A DNA stretch of 62,968 nucleotides. Source: Octopus bimaculoides (lineage: Eukaryota). Both the position numbers and the translations under genes were made by a program. The notes beneath the pieces are model-generated. The model was not told the DNA's origin and made no database searches. It saw nothing but the letters and a program-made list of their open reading frames with translations. The stretch spans positions 23,417,170 to 23,480,137 of the forward strand of contig NC_068995.1 in NCBI RefSeq assembly GCF_001194135.2. Reading direction: 5' to 3'. Shown here in pieces: positions 1 to 12,330 of this stretch (position 1 is the stretch's first letter; each line of letters starts with the position of its first letter).

Positions 1-334
1 GTATACATACATATATATGCACGTATGCATACGACTAGCTTAAATAGCCCGCCTAAACAACCTTTCGTGTGATCCGGACAGAATATCAGCGCAGTAAATA
101 CACTGATAAAATTATATTTATATAAATAAGGATAAGATCGATATTTAAAATGTTGATCTTATCAAGTGGTCAGCATGGGAATAAAAACCATCAAAGGTAA
201 TAATTATTCAAAATTATAATAAAGGGTATCAAGAGATACCACCACGCTGAAAAAATAGCAGTCAAATCCTGACTCTAAAACCACAATAAATGTCCGCATG
301 GCACGATTAGTGAAGACGAAGACCAAATATTCCA

Positions 335-378
335 CTGATGAAGGCAGAGCATTATTATTTATGCTAAGCCAGATATCC
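335..378 (+). ncRNA. Degenerate hammerhead-ribozyme-like motif upstream of a Penelope fragment
   Basis: CTGATGA (335-341), then stem GGC..AGCAT-loop-ATGCT..GCC, then AGATATC where GAAATATC would be expected. The GAAA box is damaged. Confidence 0.3.
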
Positions 379-394
379 AGGATTTGGAATTATC

Positions 395-436
395 TTTATT
401 TTTACTGGTTTATTTTTACTGGTTTATTTTTACTGG
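395..436. repeat. 3 x 14 bp tandem repeat (TTTATTTTTACTGG)
   Basis: Three exact copies at 395, 409 and 423. Confidence 0.95.
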
Positions 437-479
437 TGTATTAACAATAGATCTAGTGGCATCAAAGATAAAGTAGTAC

Positions 480-1130
480 GTAACCACTCTGATATTATTC
501 AGGATAATAAGAAACCTAAAAATGAGCTATGGAAAATTATTCGGTTCACCCCTCCCTTTCCCTTAATATAAAACTAACATTGGTAAAAGATACCTCTCTC
601 TCCTAGACAAACACTCTCTATCATCTCACAGATACAAGGAAATATGTAATTGGCGTTCTGTGAAATTGTCATATAGCTGCTGCTCCAGTAATGAAGAGTA
701 TCATTACACGTGGCGAATACCAAGAGCCTTGATCCAGTTGCAACTGTCGCGACCCAGGATCCCGTCTACTCGACCAACGATGTATGACTAAATGTATCAT
801 ATATGAAGCAGAATTTACTGCAACCCTATATAATAATACGACTGATAAGAAGACCAATATTGGATTATGTGAATGTGAATTTAAAGATCGCCATGCCAAT
901 CACATAGCCTCCTTCCAACATGGGCACAAAAGTAAAGTTACGAAGCTAGCTACATAAGACGTTGAAAGATAACGAAACGCCACATTTGATTAAATGGAAA
1001 GTAATTGAGAAATTCATACCTTATGTGAATGGATCGACTTTTTTGACTGAAAGAGTACAGATTCTCTTCAGATTTAAGGTCCCTAACACTCTGTTGAACT
1101 CCAGGTCAGAAATTTTCAGTGGTGGCATAC
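480..1130 (+). mobile_element. Penelope-like element relic: linker plus GIY-YIG endonuclease
   Basis: Frameshifted translation gives KTNIGKRYLSLLDKH..VKLSYSC, then CNCRDPG..RCMTKCIIYEAEF..NIGLCECEFKDRHANH (739-930), then LKDNETPHLIKWKVIEK..LLNSRSEIFS. This is PLE GIY-YIG motif order, with stops and frameshifts. Confidence 0.8.
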
Positions 1131-1144
1131 ATCTTCTTTTATTG

Positions 1145-1335
1145 TTTTATTCTTTTACACGTTTCAGTTATTTGACTCTGGCCACGCCTTTAGTCGAACA
1201 GTTGGACCCTAGAACTTATTATTTGTAAACCTAGTACTTATTCTATCGTTCTACTTTGGCGAACCGCTAGATTAACGGGGATAAAAACACACCGACATCG
1301 GTTGTCAAGTGATGGTCGCGGGACAAACACAGACA
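1145..1335 (-). mobile_element. SINE 3' module (same family as 23630-23810)
   Basis: Reverse complement aligns by eye with 23630-23810 and ends in a TAAAAGAATAAAA-type tail. Confidence 0.75.
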
Positions 1336-1336
1336 T

Positions 1337-1341
<5 letters not shown>

Positions 1342-1392
<51 letters not shown>
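1342..1392. repeat. (TG)n microsatellite
   Basis: Pure TG run. Confidence 0.98.
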
Positions 1393-1394
<2 letters not shown>

Positions 1395-1400
1395 TACTAC

Positions 1401-1762
1401 GGCACTCCGTCGGTTACAACGACGAGGGTTCCAGTTGATCCGATCAACGGAACAGCCTGGTCGTGAAATTAACGTGCAAGTGGCTGAGCACTCCACAGAC
1501 ACATGTACCCTTAACGTAGTTCTCGGGGAGATTCAGCGCGACAGAGGGTGTGACAAGGCTAGCCCTTTGAAATACAGGTACAACAGAAACAAGAAGAAAG
1601 AGTGAAAATCGTGGTGAAAGAGTACAGCAGGGTTCGCCACCACCGCTTGCCGGAGACTCGTGGAGCTTTATGTGCTTTCGCTCAATACACGCTCACAATA
1701 CCCAGTCTGGGAATCAGAACCGCGATCCTAGGACTGCGAGTCCGCTGCCCTATCCGCTACCT
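1401..1762 (-). mobile_element. Near full-length tRNA-derived SINE
   Basis: Minus-strand tRNA-like head ..TAGGGCAGCGGACTCGCAGTCCTAGGATCGCGGTTCTGATTCCCAG with B-box-like GGTTCTGATTCC (1710-1721). GC-rich body with an internal GTTGATC-C-GATCAAC hairpin. Recognised as an abundant octopus SINE type. Confidence 0.85.
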
Positions 1763-2032
1763 TACATTTTATTTGCCAGTTGGTTGGTATGGTAATTCAA
1801 GAATTTATTCATGGGTTTTGTCATTCTTCATCATTTATATATAAATGCGTTGATGATTGTGCCACACTTTACTGTGAAGCCGTCCGTTGACTGTAATATA
1901 CTTTTAAGTTTTTACATGGCACAAGTAATTTCTATATGTATAATCTTATTTTTATTTTTGTTCTGCCTGGTATTGTATGTCCTCTGTGGTGTTGCGCTGT
2001 TGGTAGTGCCAGAATAGTTTAGTTTAAGGATA

Positions 2033-2067
<35 letters not shown>

Positions 2068-2077
2068 NNNNNNNNNN

Positions 2078-2123
<46 letters not shown>

Positions 2124-3137
2124 CGAACATATACAGAAAATGTTAGCCAAATCTGTTCTACCAGCCTCTTGGTTGGAGATCTTGAAGCTGTTTCCTGTTT
2201 CAATGTAGTTTTCCAGAACGTGTTATTTTTCATGCAAACATCACAGTAAGTAGCAAAAGCCAAGCAATATCTTTCGAGATCCTGGAAAAAATTGGAAGAT
2301 AAATATTGTACAGTAACTGACCTGTCTCAGATGTAAATATGTTATTAATATTTTCTTCGTTTAGAGATCATATCTCCGAAAAGTTTCCAATACAACGAAA
2401 GAAATCAAATAATATATACTTTCATTTTTTCACATTTAAATTTCTATAGATTAATATTAAATCATTTTAAAATAATGCGCTGAACAACATTTGTAAAAAC
2501 ACAGAGACAATTACATTTCACATAAAATATTTAAACAGCATATATTGGTACGCAGTCGTTATTAAATTTTCTCGTTTAAGAAAAATCAAATGTTAAAACA
2601 AAGTGTGGAAGCTGTTTCAGATACAATGGATGATAAACAATAATTTACGCCTTCAAAATTTCTATTTAAATTAGTTTACACTTCTACAATATTCGTGTAT
2701 TATGATCTATGAATTGTAATTATAAATTTCATACAATAGGGAATATATTCAAATATTTAAAAAAATCAAGTCATAGAACATAAAAACTTAATATTTTACA
2801 AATCACAAATTTAAATGTGAAACAAATTCAAGAAAGAATTTCGCTGGTTCCACACATTTCAAAACGGCATCGCATTTGAATGTATAAGTTAGTCAATGAC
2901 AATATTCCAGATATGAATGTGAGTGGGAAAATAAAACAAAAGCTTAAATGAAAATTTAATGAGAAAAGCGTTACAAATTATCGTTGGTTCCCAAACAGTT
3001 ATGCTGTAATAAATTTCAGTCTTGTATATCTTCTTACTTGATTCATTGCTTTTCTGATCTACACTTTGCAAAGTTTTGGTAAAGATTATTTGAGAAATGG
3101 CAATGTTTTTTCAAGACAAATATCAACGCATATATTT

Positions 3138-3152
3138 AGGTGTGTCTGTCTG

Positions 3153-3211
<59 letters not shown>

Positions 3212-3290
3212 CTATGTCTGTGTCTATGTCCGTGTGTGGGCTTGTGTCTGTGTGTGCGGTGTGTTTGTGTGTGCGTATGTGCTTTTATGC
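3138..3290. repeat. Imperfect (TG)n microsatellite
   Basis: TG/TC-interrupted run. Confidence 0.9.
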
Positions 3291-4722
3291 GCGTATGCTA
3301 GTGTGTGCCCGTATACAACGAGGTGATCTGTAAAACAACAAATCATAAGTTATTTATTTAAGCAATTTCGCCAAAATAATCAATTTCAGATTGATAATGA
3401 ACGCTCAGAAGTTTAGACTGTTCCACAATGATTCCTACTGAATTAAAAAAAAAGGAAAGCAGCCCAGTGTTTGATGTAGCTATGGCGGGCCATGACTCAG
3501 CTATGGTCGTTTTCTTCGTCCGGATATTCATCCTGGATGCTCTGTGAACAAATGCTCCTTCATAGTTAGGCCTTCCTTAGGGATAATGGATTGGCACATC
3601 TTAAACGATATGAATCACCACACCATGTTCATGTTCAAGAATGAGCTGATAAATATCTTCAAATAATTCAGCACCACTGTAACAGCTACGCAATTTTGAC
3701 AAATTTTGACTTACTGGGCGAAATACGAGTCTTTGGGGCGGAGAAGTGCTACCCCAATAGAAAACACAAATAGGAGGTTATATACATATCTGTATATATA
3801 TATATATATNNNNNNNNNNNNATATATATGTATGTATATATGTATATAGTTACAGGCATTCCAGCCATTCCATCCACCCTAGCTAAATTCTTTACATTAG
3901 CATCAGTAGTAGAATCTCTAATTCATCAATGAGTAGCGAGATCTTCAACATGCCCACGCTCCACTACAGTGAGGCATTATCGGCAAATAACTTTACAGAA
4001 AACATAACCTACACCGAAGTGTGCCAATACCAAATCCAAAACTAAGGATCGAATTCGGTCCTCTATTCATATTAGAAGCTTCTATGAACATAGTTTGGAG
4101 CTTCCTGAACCATTTCCAATGCAGACCAATGAGATTATTAACGCTTCAATTCCCACAAAGTCAATGTCAGCTGTTTGTATTTCGACGATATCACTTCAAA
4201 CACCGCAAGCTACAACACTCCCACACTTCAACCTGTTACTGCCTGCTCGTTACACCCCACACTGTAAAGGCCGAAATCCTACCAATTGTCATTGCCAGAG
4301 GTTTTCCTCTAAAAAGACTTGACTGTATTATCTAGAGCAAACCTGACACCGTCTGATGTCATTGCAAAATAGTACACGGTCATGATATCCAATAAACTTA
4401 TAGTTAGGTTCAACTAGTCGATCCTTTATGGAAAAAATCTATTTCCCAATACGTTTTCATGTTAGAATAATTTCCCCAACATATATGGAAAGCTTTTCAC
4501 AGTCTTTATTCACCTAGAGTTTGCAATTGCCAACACTCTCTTTATAAAAATCTACCAATCCCCGATCAGCCTTGAAAGAATGACTTTTCTGGTTGTTAAC
4601 ATCGGGGAGATGCTTGCCATTGACCTCCAAGTTTCTGATTACTGACAAACTCTATATATATCTTTATATATCACCTTAGGCCTAGCTGACCCAAACACAA
4701 AGACATGGTATATAGTCCCTGC

Positions 4723-4754
4723 CAATCTATAATCTCTGCAGAGATTATAGATTG
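4723..4754. repeat. Perfect 32 bp spacerless palindrome
   Basis: CAATCTATAATCTCTG|CAGAGATTATAGATTG; the 16 bp arms are exact reverse complements. Confidence 0.98.
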
Positions 4755-5109
4755 CTCATACTGGTCATGCAAACTCAGTTGTAATCCAAGATCGTCAAAA
4801 TGTTTACTCTCACTTGAAATTTACTGCCCTAACTTGTTCGAACTCCACTGATCGATGAGTGAGATAATAATCATTCCAGCATTGCACTAAACCATAAGCA
4901 GCACCTAATACTAGGAACTGATGTTGCTTAATATGTAATGTCATATTCAACTCCGTCAAAGTGATACCAGTGTCCTGCCAACCCTTCCGGACATGTGGGC
5001 CTAAAGATATCAAAAACCAAGTAGGTCGGGTTTATAAAGAGAGGTCTAACACTAATATTTTTATTTTCTGTCAAATTCCTTGCATTCCTCCGAATAACTG
5101 ATATGATGG

Positions 5110-6730
5110 TCGTGTTCAAGGCACTTCCATTGATGGATTGGATCTGCTGTCTTTGAATCCACTTTCTCCTATCTGGTTTTGGGAAGCCTAATTTCTCAAG
5201 ATAGGTATTTAGGCAGTATGTTATATACCACAATAATTACAGGTATAAACCTGAACTTGTAATCTGGATAGAGTAACTATAAATTTCTCAATAGTTCAGC
5301 GTAGGTATTCGGTCTTTCATTGATCTTTAGCTTTATGTTAACATCCGATGGGCGGCTAATTCCCACAACTGTACACAGTTTCTCTTCTCTGTCCCAAATC
5401 ATTATATCAGGTCTATTGTGCTTACATTTTATTGGGGTTTTCACTGGGGCATTCCACCAGTATTCCTTTTTATTATGAGTGGCTATGGCTTCTACCATAT
5501 TGTGGGTTCTTGTTTCTTTGTCCTCAAAGTTATCCTTCCGATGGATTTCATTGTAGAGTCTCGTAACTACAACATCAAGTCTCGTCGGTAGATAATACCG
5601 CGATAACATTTTCTGACAACGGCTTATGATGTGAGTGATATCTTTAGTGTGAACTCCACAAAGTCTGCATCGGTTGTCACATTCTGCTGCATTCCCTGAA
5701 TATCAATCCCTTTGGTGCATCTGGTATTTGGTTGTAATTTCCTGTTCCTAGACTGCAAACGCATACCTTACAAAGTGGGAGTTAGTAATCTGGTTGTTGG
5801 TCCATGATAGACTGTTTTGATGATCAATGTTACTATCATCTCGGAGTTTTCAACAACATATCCATGCATGGTTTTCTACTCATATATGGTCATCGCATCA
5901 TCTGATGATAGGATACGGTTGAGTCGTGCGATAACTTTGGGCATGTATTTAAGGTTATCAGATAAGGAATGCTGCGCAAGGAGCTGCCTTCCTAGACTTA
6001 TGATGTCATCAGCCTCATGTATGCAAAATTGATCAAGGGATGCGCTTTGACACTTCGTGGTTAAAAGATGTTGTCGAAGGGATGTGATATGACATTCACA
6101 GGCATTTTGGATTCATGTAAGGGCTCTGCCACCTTATTTTCGTTTTAGATAGAGCGGTCTACGTTACAGTTTATGTGGAAATTATGTGCTTGTTAGTATT
6201 TTCCGTGTTTTAATATCAATGGCTCGGATCTCATCAAGCATCCAATCATGTAGCCCAAATGTTAGTATGAGTACTGGCACTGCGAATACATTGTTGGCCA
6301 TTATTTTATTGAATGCAGAAAGTTCTGAGGTCCAATTTTTTTTTATTCGGCTGTAATATTCTTTAATGACACGTGCTTTGTTACAGATGTCACTGTAAGA
6401 TATGTTTTTAGCCATCCCTAGATACCTGGAACATTTCTCGTCAGATACAGGAGTAACAGTCAAGTCATTGATGGAGATGTTGCCAGTCTGGTTTACAGAT
6501 TTCCCCCTTTTGACAACCATATAACAATTAACCTGATCGAACTCCAACCCAACATCTTTTGAGAATGTTGTAACTAGGTCAAGGCCCTTTTTTCATCTCA
6601 TGCATAAAGTTTCAAATCATCCGCAAAGAAACTGTAATTTTTGTATTTCTCTTACCTTGTGAACCAGTGAGGTATACTTCAGGCTTCCTTAACAATTGTA
6701 GAATCTTTGGATTCAGGATTTATGAAAGGT
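5110..6730 (-). mobile_element. R4/Dong-type (R2 superfamily) non-LTR retrotransposon relic: RT C-terminus, CCHC knuckle, REL endonuclease
   Basis: FFADDLKLYA (about 6600-6630), RYLGM, CRLCGVHTKDITHIISRC (about 5610-5670), KHNRPDIMIWD..ISRPSDVN..NTYAEL. Multiple stops and frameshifts. Confidence 0.9.
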
Positions 6731-7832
6731 AGCAGAAGACAATTTTATGTTATAGACCACATGGATTTGAACATTTTATTTTATTGTATTGAGATTTATT
6801 TTTATTTTTAGAGTATTAAATTGCGATTGCATAGAAATCTCTTGAAATCACACTGTGAAAATATACACACTGTGGGTAATTCAGTCCGTGATACAATACA
6901 GAAAAGTAAAAAGACAGTATAGTCACCTTTGAAATGCCTTTTAACATATGTCTTTGCGAACTAGTTACTTAAGTAGTTTCACGGCGCCATAAACATCTAT
7001 AAATAATTTGCAAATGAGTTTAACCTGTTAAATCTGCAATGATGAAGTGGCGCCTAGATTATTTTGTGGCTTAATCAAGACAATACACATTACAGTATTT
7101 CTTACTATCATTGACAGAGCTTTCAGATCGTTTCATATTCTCGCAAATGAAAGTTCTTTGAAGCGTTTTTTTTATACCAGTGCAATCATATTCTTAGGCT
7201 TTTTTATAGGTAATGTGTCCACTATGTGTATTCAGTGAAGATTAGAAGAATTTGTAGAAATTTTGTCTACAATTCGAATTTGATTATTGCTATGAAGTTC
7301 CAAACACATCTAACATCATAATCATTCAACGTCAAATACCAGATCATTTGTTTCTTAGGCATTATACATCCACGATTATATTGTGCAGAGAACAGTAGGA
7401 TGTGATCTGAGGTAAATTAACAGCTATTTTTGCACGGCAAGCAAAATGTTAGAGACTTACTCATTCGCTCAATAGGAGATTACTTTTGCGAGGTTTATAC
7501 TTTGTTCTATCCAATGATAGCGCTTTACGTCTGTTGAATGCTGCAAGCTCTACTTGTTGCAGAATATTTTCAGTTGTTTAGCACATGTTATCTAGCTTGC
7601 AATAATTTAAGTCTTGTATGAAAAACGCAACTGAGGAACGTGATCAACTTCATGTGGTTATGTACATTATAAGTAGTAACAATAAGCAATCTGCGAGTAT
7701 AAATCTTACTCTGTCAAGATTTATATTCAGGTGTATGTTTACCCGTGGCGCGTTTATATTGCATTGATCAACGATACTTAGATGGCTTTGAATTTGCGCT
7801 TAACTCGATCAGCAAGCTTACGGCCTATTGTT

Positions 7833-7942
7833 TGAGTCACGTACATTGGACTGCGCAATTTGTTAGCCAATCACCTCATTTATGTTTGGTGCTATGATTT
7901 CGCTTCCATTACAGTCTAGACAATAGGAATTTTGTATATAAA
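7833..7942 (+). promoter_or_regulatory. Possible Pol II promoter (AP-1-like site, two CCAAT boxes, TATA)
   Basis: TGAGTCA 7833-7839, ATTGG 7845-7849, CCAAT 7867-7871, TATATAAA 7935-7942. Motif match only; these motifs are common by chance in AT-rich DNA. Confidence 0.25.
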
Positions 7943-8375
7943 AAAAATCCGTTGTCCAAGACAAAATAAAGGAAAGTATTTCAAGTTGAACGTATCTGTG
8001 TCGGAAGTTCGAGTCTAATAAACGCTGCAGTAAAATATCACTACACTAATACACAGTGATTTACATCAATATAGGTATCTTATTTTGTTGTTCATGAACG
8101 TTTTAATACATATTGCTGGTATACAACAATATACTTACAGACAGTATAATTAAAAGCTGAGATATATTTTGTCATAGATATATAGACATGCTCTGTCCGT
8201 TTTCCAAAGTTCGTATCAATTAAACAGGCTGTCTCAGAAACAAAATGTAACTATAACAAATTTTGTCTTTAATCAAGTTTCCCTAAATGTTCACAATGTC
8301 TTGAGAGTTTTTGTTTCATCGTACCAGCATACAATCTTGACTCTTCAGTTTCAATCCTGACATTTTCTTTTGCAG

Positions 8376-8761
8376 TCCTTCCTCAGTGAAATCGTAAGAT
8401 GTTGATTCGAGTAGTTACCATAATGTCTTCTATTAACATGGATAAAAGTTAAGATGTTGGAGCTATTTTTCTCAACGTATTTATATTTATTAATCGTCAT
8501 CATCTTATACAAAAAGCTTCTCTAAAACTCAGAAGGTTGATGAAGCTTCTAATTGAAATGGAAGTCGAAGGGATGCAAGTTAGCCAGAATTCTGTCAGTG
8601 CGCTCATGATATTGACAAAATAATAAAAGGTAACATACTACTTAATTTTGCCACAAATATAGGATCCTTCTCTACCTGACCCTTACTTTATTGCAGATAG
8701 TTAAAACATTTGCAAGTATCCGTGCAAATCCATTCCCAATATCAATTATCAGAGACCTTGA
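8376..8761 (+). pseudogene. Candidate spliced, disrupted small locus (exon 8376-8629, intron 8630-8696, exon from 8697)
   Basis: Two acceptors of the form CCTGAC-pyrimidines-TGCAG (ending 8375 and 8696) and donor AAG|GTAACA at 8630. The reading frame is interrupted by stops; no homology recognised. Confidence 0.2.
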
Positions 8762-8816
8762 GATTGTTACAGTCGCTGATTTATTAGTTAGATTTCTTAA
8801 GATTAAAGCATTTAAT

Positions 8817-8880
8817 AATCATTAACTTTATTTAAATCATTAACTTTATTTAAATCATTAACTTTATTTAAATCATTAAC
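8817..8880. repeat. 3.5 x 18 bp tandem repeat (AATCATTAACTTTATTTA)
   Basis: Exact copies at 8817, 8835 and 8853, partial copy at 8871. Confidence 0.95.
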
Positions 8881-11346
8881 AATGTATACAACTGTTACTT
8901 ACTGATATGTATAAAGAGCCAAAAGGTTAATAATTATTTTCGTTCCATATACATCAGTAAAAATGTCATAGACATTGAAGATAGATTTAGTCGTGCAATT
9001 CAGCTGCCTTCAATGAGCGATATAAGAAACAGCCTAAAAGACAATGCTTCCTCATTTCTTCTCAGCGCTTCGCGTGGTTGATTATAAGTCTTCAACGCCA
9101 CAAGGTGATATGTAATGACCCCTAATATATGCGTCTCTATTTCTTCCACTATTCTTCTCAATCATGCATTATTTTGTGCCAGTCTATGTAAAAAATATTA
9201 ATATTTTTCTTTCAGAAAAATGAAACACCCGCGTACCGGTATCAATGTAAGCTTACATTTTGATTCGACCATGTGAATTTCTATTGAGTTTTAGCTTTAT
9301 CTTTGTTTTCGTTGCTCCGTATTGAAACTATTGTCGCTTATTTTGTAATAAAAGTTGCATTTGCTGTGCACTCGATTTTCCAAAGTGGTGTGTGACATCT
9401 CAAGAAAAATGTCAAAATTCAAGGAGTATAACGACAAATCAGTACAATATATTGAAAACGTATATAACTTTTTTTAAAAATCACAATCCTGCATAACTGT
9501 TTTAGACAATAACGAATATCTTTACAATCCATTAATGATGAAATGGAAATAAATCTTATTACTTTAAAGTATCTTTTCCCTTCGAAGCCACTTCACTGAC
9601 AAAAGTTTACCCCCAATGGAATATTTTAGTCATAGGTCTACTTGACGAGAGATGCTATAGCCCCAGAATGAGTTCATTATATCCGCTGGAGCTACAAAGA
9701 ACAACGTCTATGCTAGAATAGGCCGAGGAGTGACTGTAAGGCTGAATATTCGGCCTGAAATATGACACCATATAGGAGATGATGGAGTAATTGGCCTATC
9801 AATCTTGCGTTGCCCTTTAATCACTCAGAAAGGCGGATAGATGGGATAACTGGAAGTAGATTCTGAGGTAGGTGTGGTTCGCACCTACTTGGTTGGTTAT
9901 TTATGCTAGTACCTTCCCCAAGGCTGCCTCTTCAGAACTGCACTGGGAGTAAAGAACAGTAGCTGATTACCTACATGCCATAGTTTTCTTCGATCTAGTA
10001 TCACTTGCAACAATGCTTAACACAGAGAACTTTATAATGTAAAACTTTTCAAACCACACTTAATCTGCAATGACATTTCAGAACCACCATGGTATTAAAT
10101 ACACGATTATTTAGCAAATCTTGCATTCATTGAATCAATTCTAAGTAATATACGAATAAGATCAACAGCTAAACATTAAAATTAAAATTGAAAAGTATCG
10201 CGTAAATTATTCATTTTTATTATTTTCATTTTCGATATCTGTATGAGCATATAAAGGGAAATTTAATTTCTATATATGGATTGCTAAATTTGAAATTTTA
10301 ATCTGAAGTAGCACGTAATTATTAAATAAATCAAAAGCAACTGTGGAAAGGTATTCCTTACACATGTAAAATCAATTCTATAATTTTATTTTATATAGTT
10401 TATTTCTGCATGATTCAGAACATACAAAATCCGATCATAATTTACATAGGTAAATATTAGCTCCATAATCCTTTTCAAATTTTTATTGCCATTGAAATAA
10501 TTTCAATGTTTATTTACTTGTCTGAAAATATATACCGACAGAAATAGAAAGAAACATGTAGATGTATACGTAGAAATACAAATTGATGTTCAACACATGT
10601 GCAATCATATGCCGAAATATATCCACGCACACAGACAATTGCTTATTTATGCTTGCCTTTTGTGTGTGTGTGCTTCTTGAGGGAATACACATGTATACAT
10701 ACATATTTGTGTGCGTGTGTGTGTGTGTACGTGTACAAATACTTGTACTTCTCCGAACTTGGTTCAATTCAATTTCTTTATTTTTATGAGGTACTCAATA
10801 TATATCACCAATGTAAAGCGTGACCTTTCTTTCATTGAATATCTCAGACAACAATAATTTCGTCTACTGGCAAACTAGGGTCCATTTTTATCGCACTCAA
10901 ATATAATTCGGGGTTGTTAAGATTGTAATGTCAAATATTATGTCTATGTGTATATTCTAAACAAACACAGGGACAAAGAGAGGGAAAGAGGAGAGAAAGA
11001 GAGAGAGAGGGCATGCCTACTTAGGTACATGTATAAATTACATATATATGTGGGTGCAAATCATTATCAGATGTTAAATACGAATGAATTTTGAATGGCT
11101 GCAGATTAAATAATCCTTTCCCTCCCCTTCAATTCGAATATGTAGATGTAAACGAGAATATATCCATAAATATATAGGAATATATGTTGCATGTACTACA
11201 TAGATGACGTCATGATTCGTTGGAACCGCACACCTTCGAATATATATGTCTATTCATATGTACCTGAAATTGAAACATCCTATATATGCACAAGCATTTT
11301 GGAGTCTTTATGTGTGTGTGTGTGTATGTATGTATATATATATATA

Positions 11347-12330
11347 NNNNNNNNNNNNNNNNNNNNNNNNNNNNNNNNNNNNNNNNNNNNNNNNNNNNNN
11401 NNNNNNNNNNNNNNNNNNNNNNNNNNNNNNNNNNNNNNNNNNNNNNNNNNNNNNNNNNNNNNNNNNNNNNNNNNNNNNNNNNNNNNNNNNNNNNNNNNNN
11501 NNNNNNNNNNNNNNNNNNNNNNNNNNNNNNNNNNNNNNNNNNNNNNNNNNNNNNNNNNNNNNNNNNNNNNNNNNNNNNNNNNNNNNNNNNNNNNNNNNNN
11601 NNNNNNNNNNNNNNNNNNNNNNNNNNNNNNNNNNNNNNNNNNNNNNNNNNNNNNNNNNNNNNNNNNNNNNNNNNNNNNNNNNNNNNNNNNNNNNNNNNNN
11701 NNNNNNNNNNNNNNNNNNNNNNNNNNNNNNNNNNNNNNNNNNNNNNNNNNNNNNNNNNNNNNNNNNNNNNNNNNNNNNNNNNNNNNNNNNNNNNNNNNNN
11801 NNNNNNNNNNNNNNNNNNNNNNNNNNNNNNNNNNNNNNNNNNNNNNNNNNNNNNNNNNNNNNNNNNNNNNNNNNNNNNNNNNNNNNNNNNNNNNNNNNNN
11901 NNNNNNNNNNNNNNNNNNNNNNNNNNNNNNNNNNNNNNNNNNNNNNNNNNNNNNNNNNNNNNNNNNNNNNNNNNNNNNNNNNNNNNNNNNNNNNNNNNNN
12001 NNNNNNNNNNNNNNNNNNNNNNNNNNNNNNNNNNNNNNNNNNNNNNNNNNNNNNNNNNNNNNNNNNNNNNNNNNNNNNNNNNNNNNNNNNNNNNNNNNNN
12101 NNNNNNNNNNNNNNNNNNNNNNNNNNNNNNNNNNNNNNNNNNNNNNNNNNNNNNNNNNNNNNNNNNNNNNNNNNNNNNNNNNNNNNNNNNNNNNNNNNNN
12201 NNNNNNNNNNNNNNNNNNNNNNNNNNNNNNNNNNNNNNNNNNNNNNNNNNNNNNNNNNNNNNNNNNNNNNNNNNNNNNNNNNNNNNNNNNNNNNNNNNNN
12301 NNNNNNNNNNNNNNNNNNNNNNNNNNNNNN
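11347..12330. other. Assembly gap (N run)
   Basis: Ns flanked on the left by (TG)/(TA)n. Confidence 1.

Noticed and set aside
3325-3560. Mariner-like end (ACGAGGTGATC) with possible transposase tail; similar TACGAGG at 12399
   Set aside because: No convincing transposase motif and no partner TIR.
3870-4340. Possible decayed AP-endonuclease on the minus strand
   Set aside because: Only vague GxVA and ILDL-like traces with many stops; a competing plus-strand AIANT motif nearby is equally weak.
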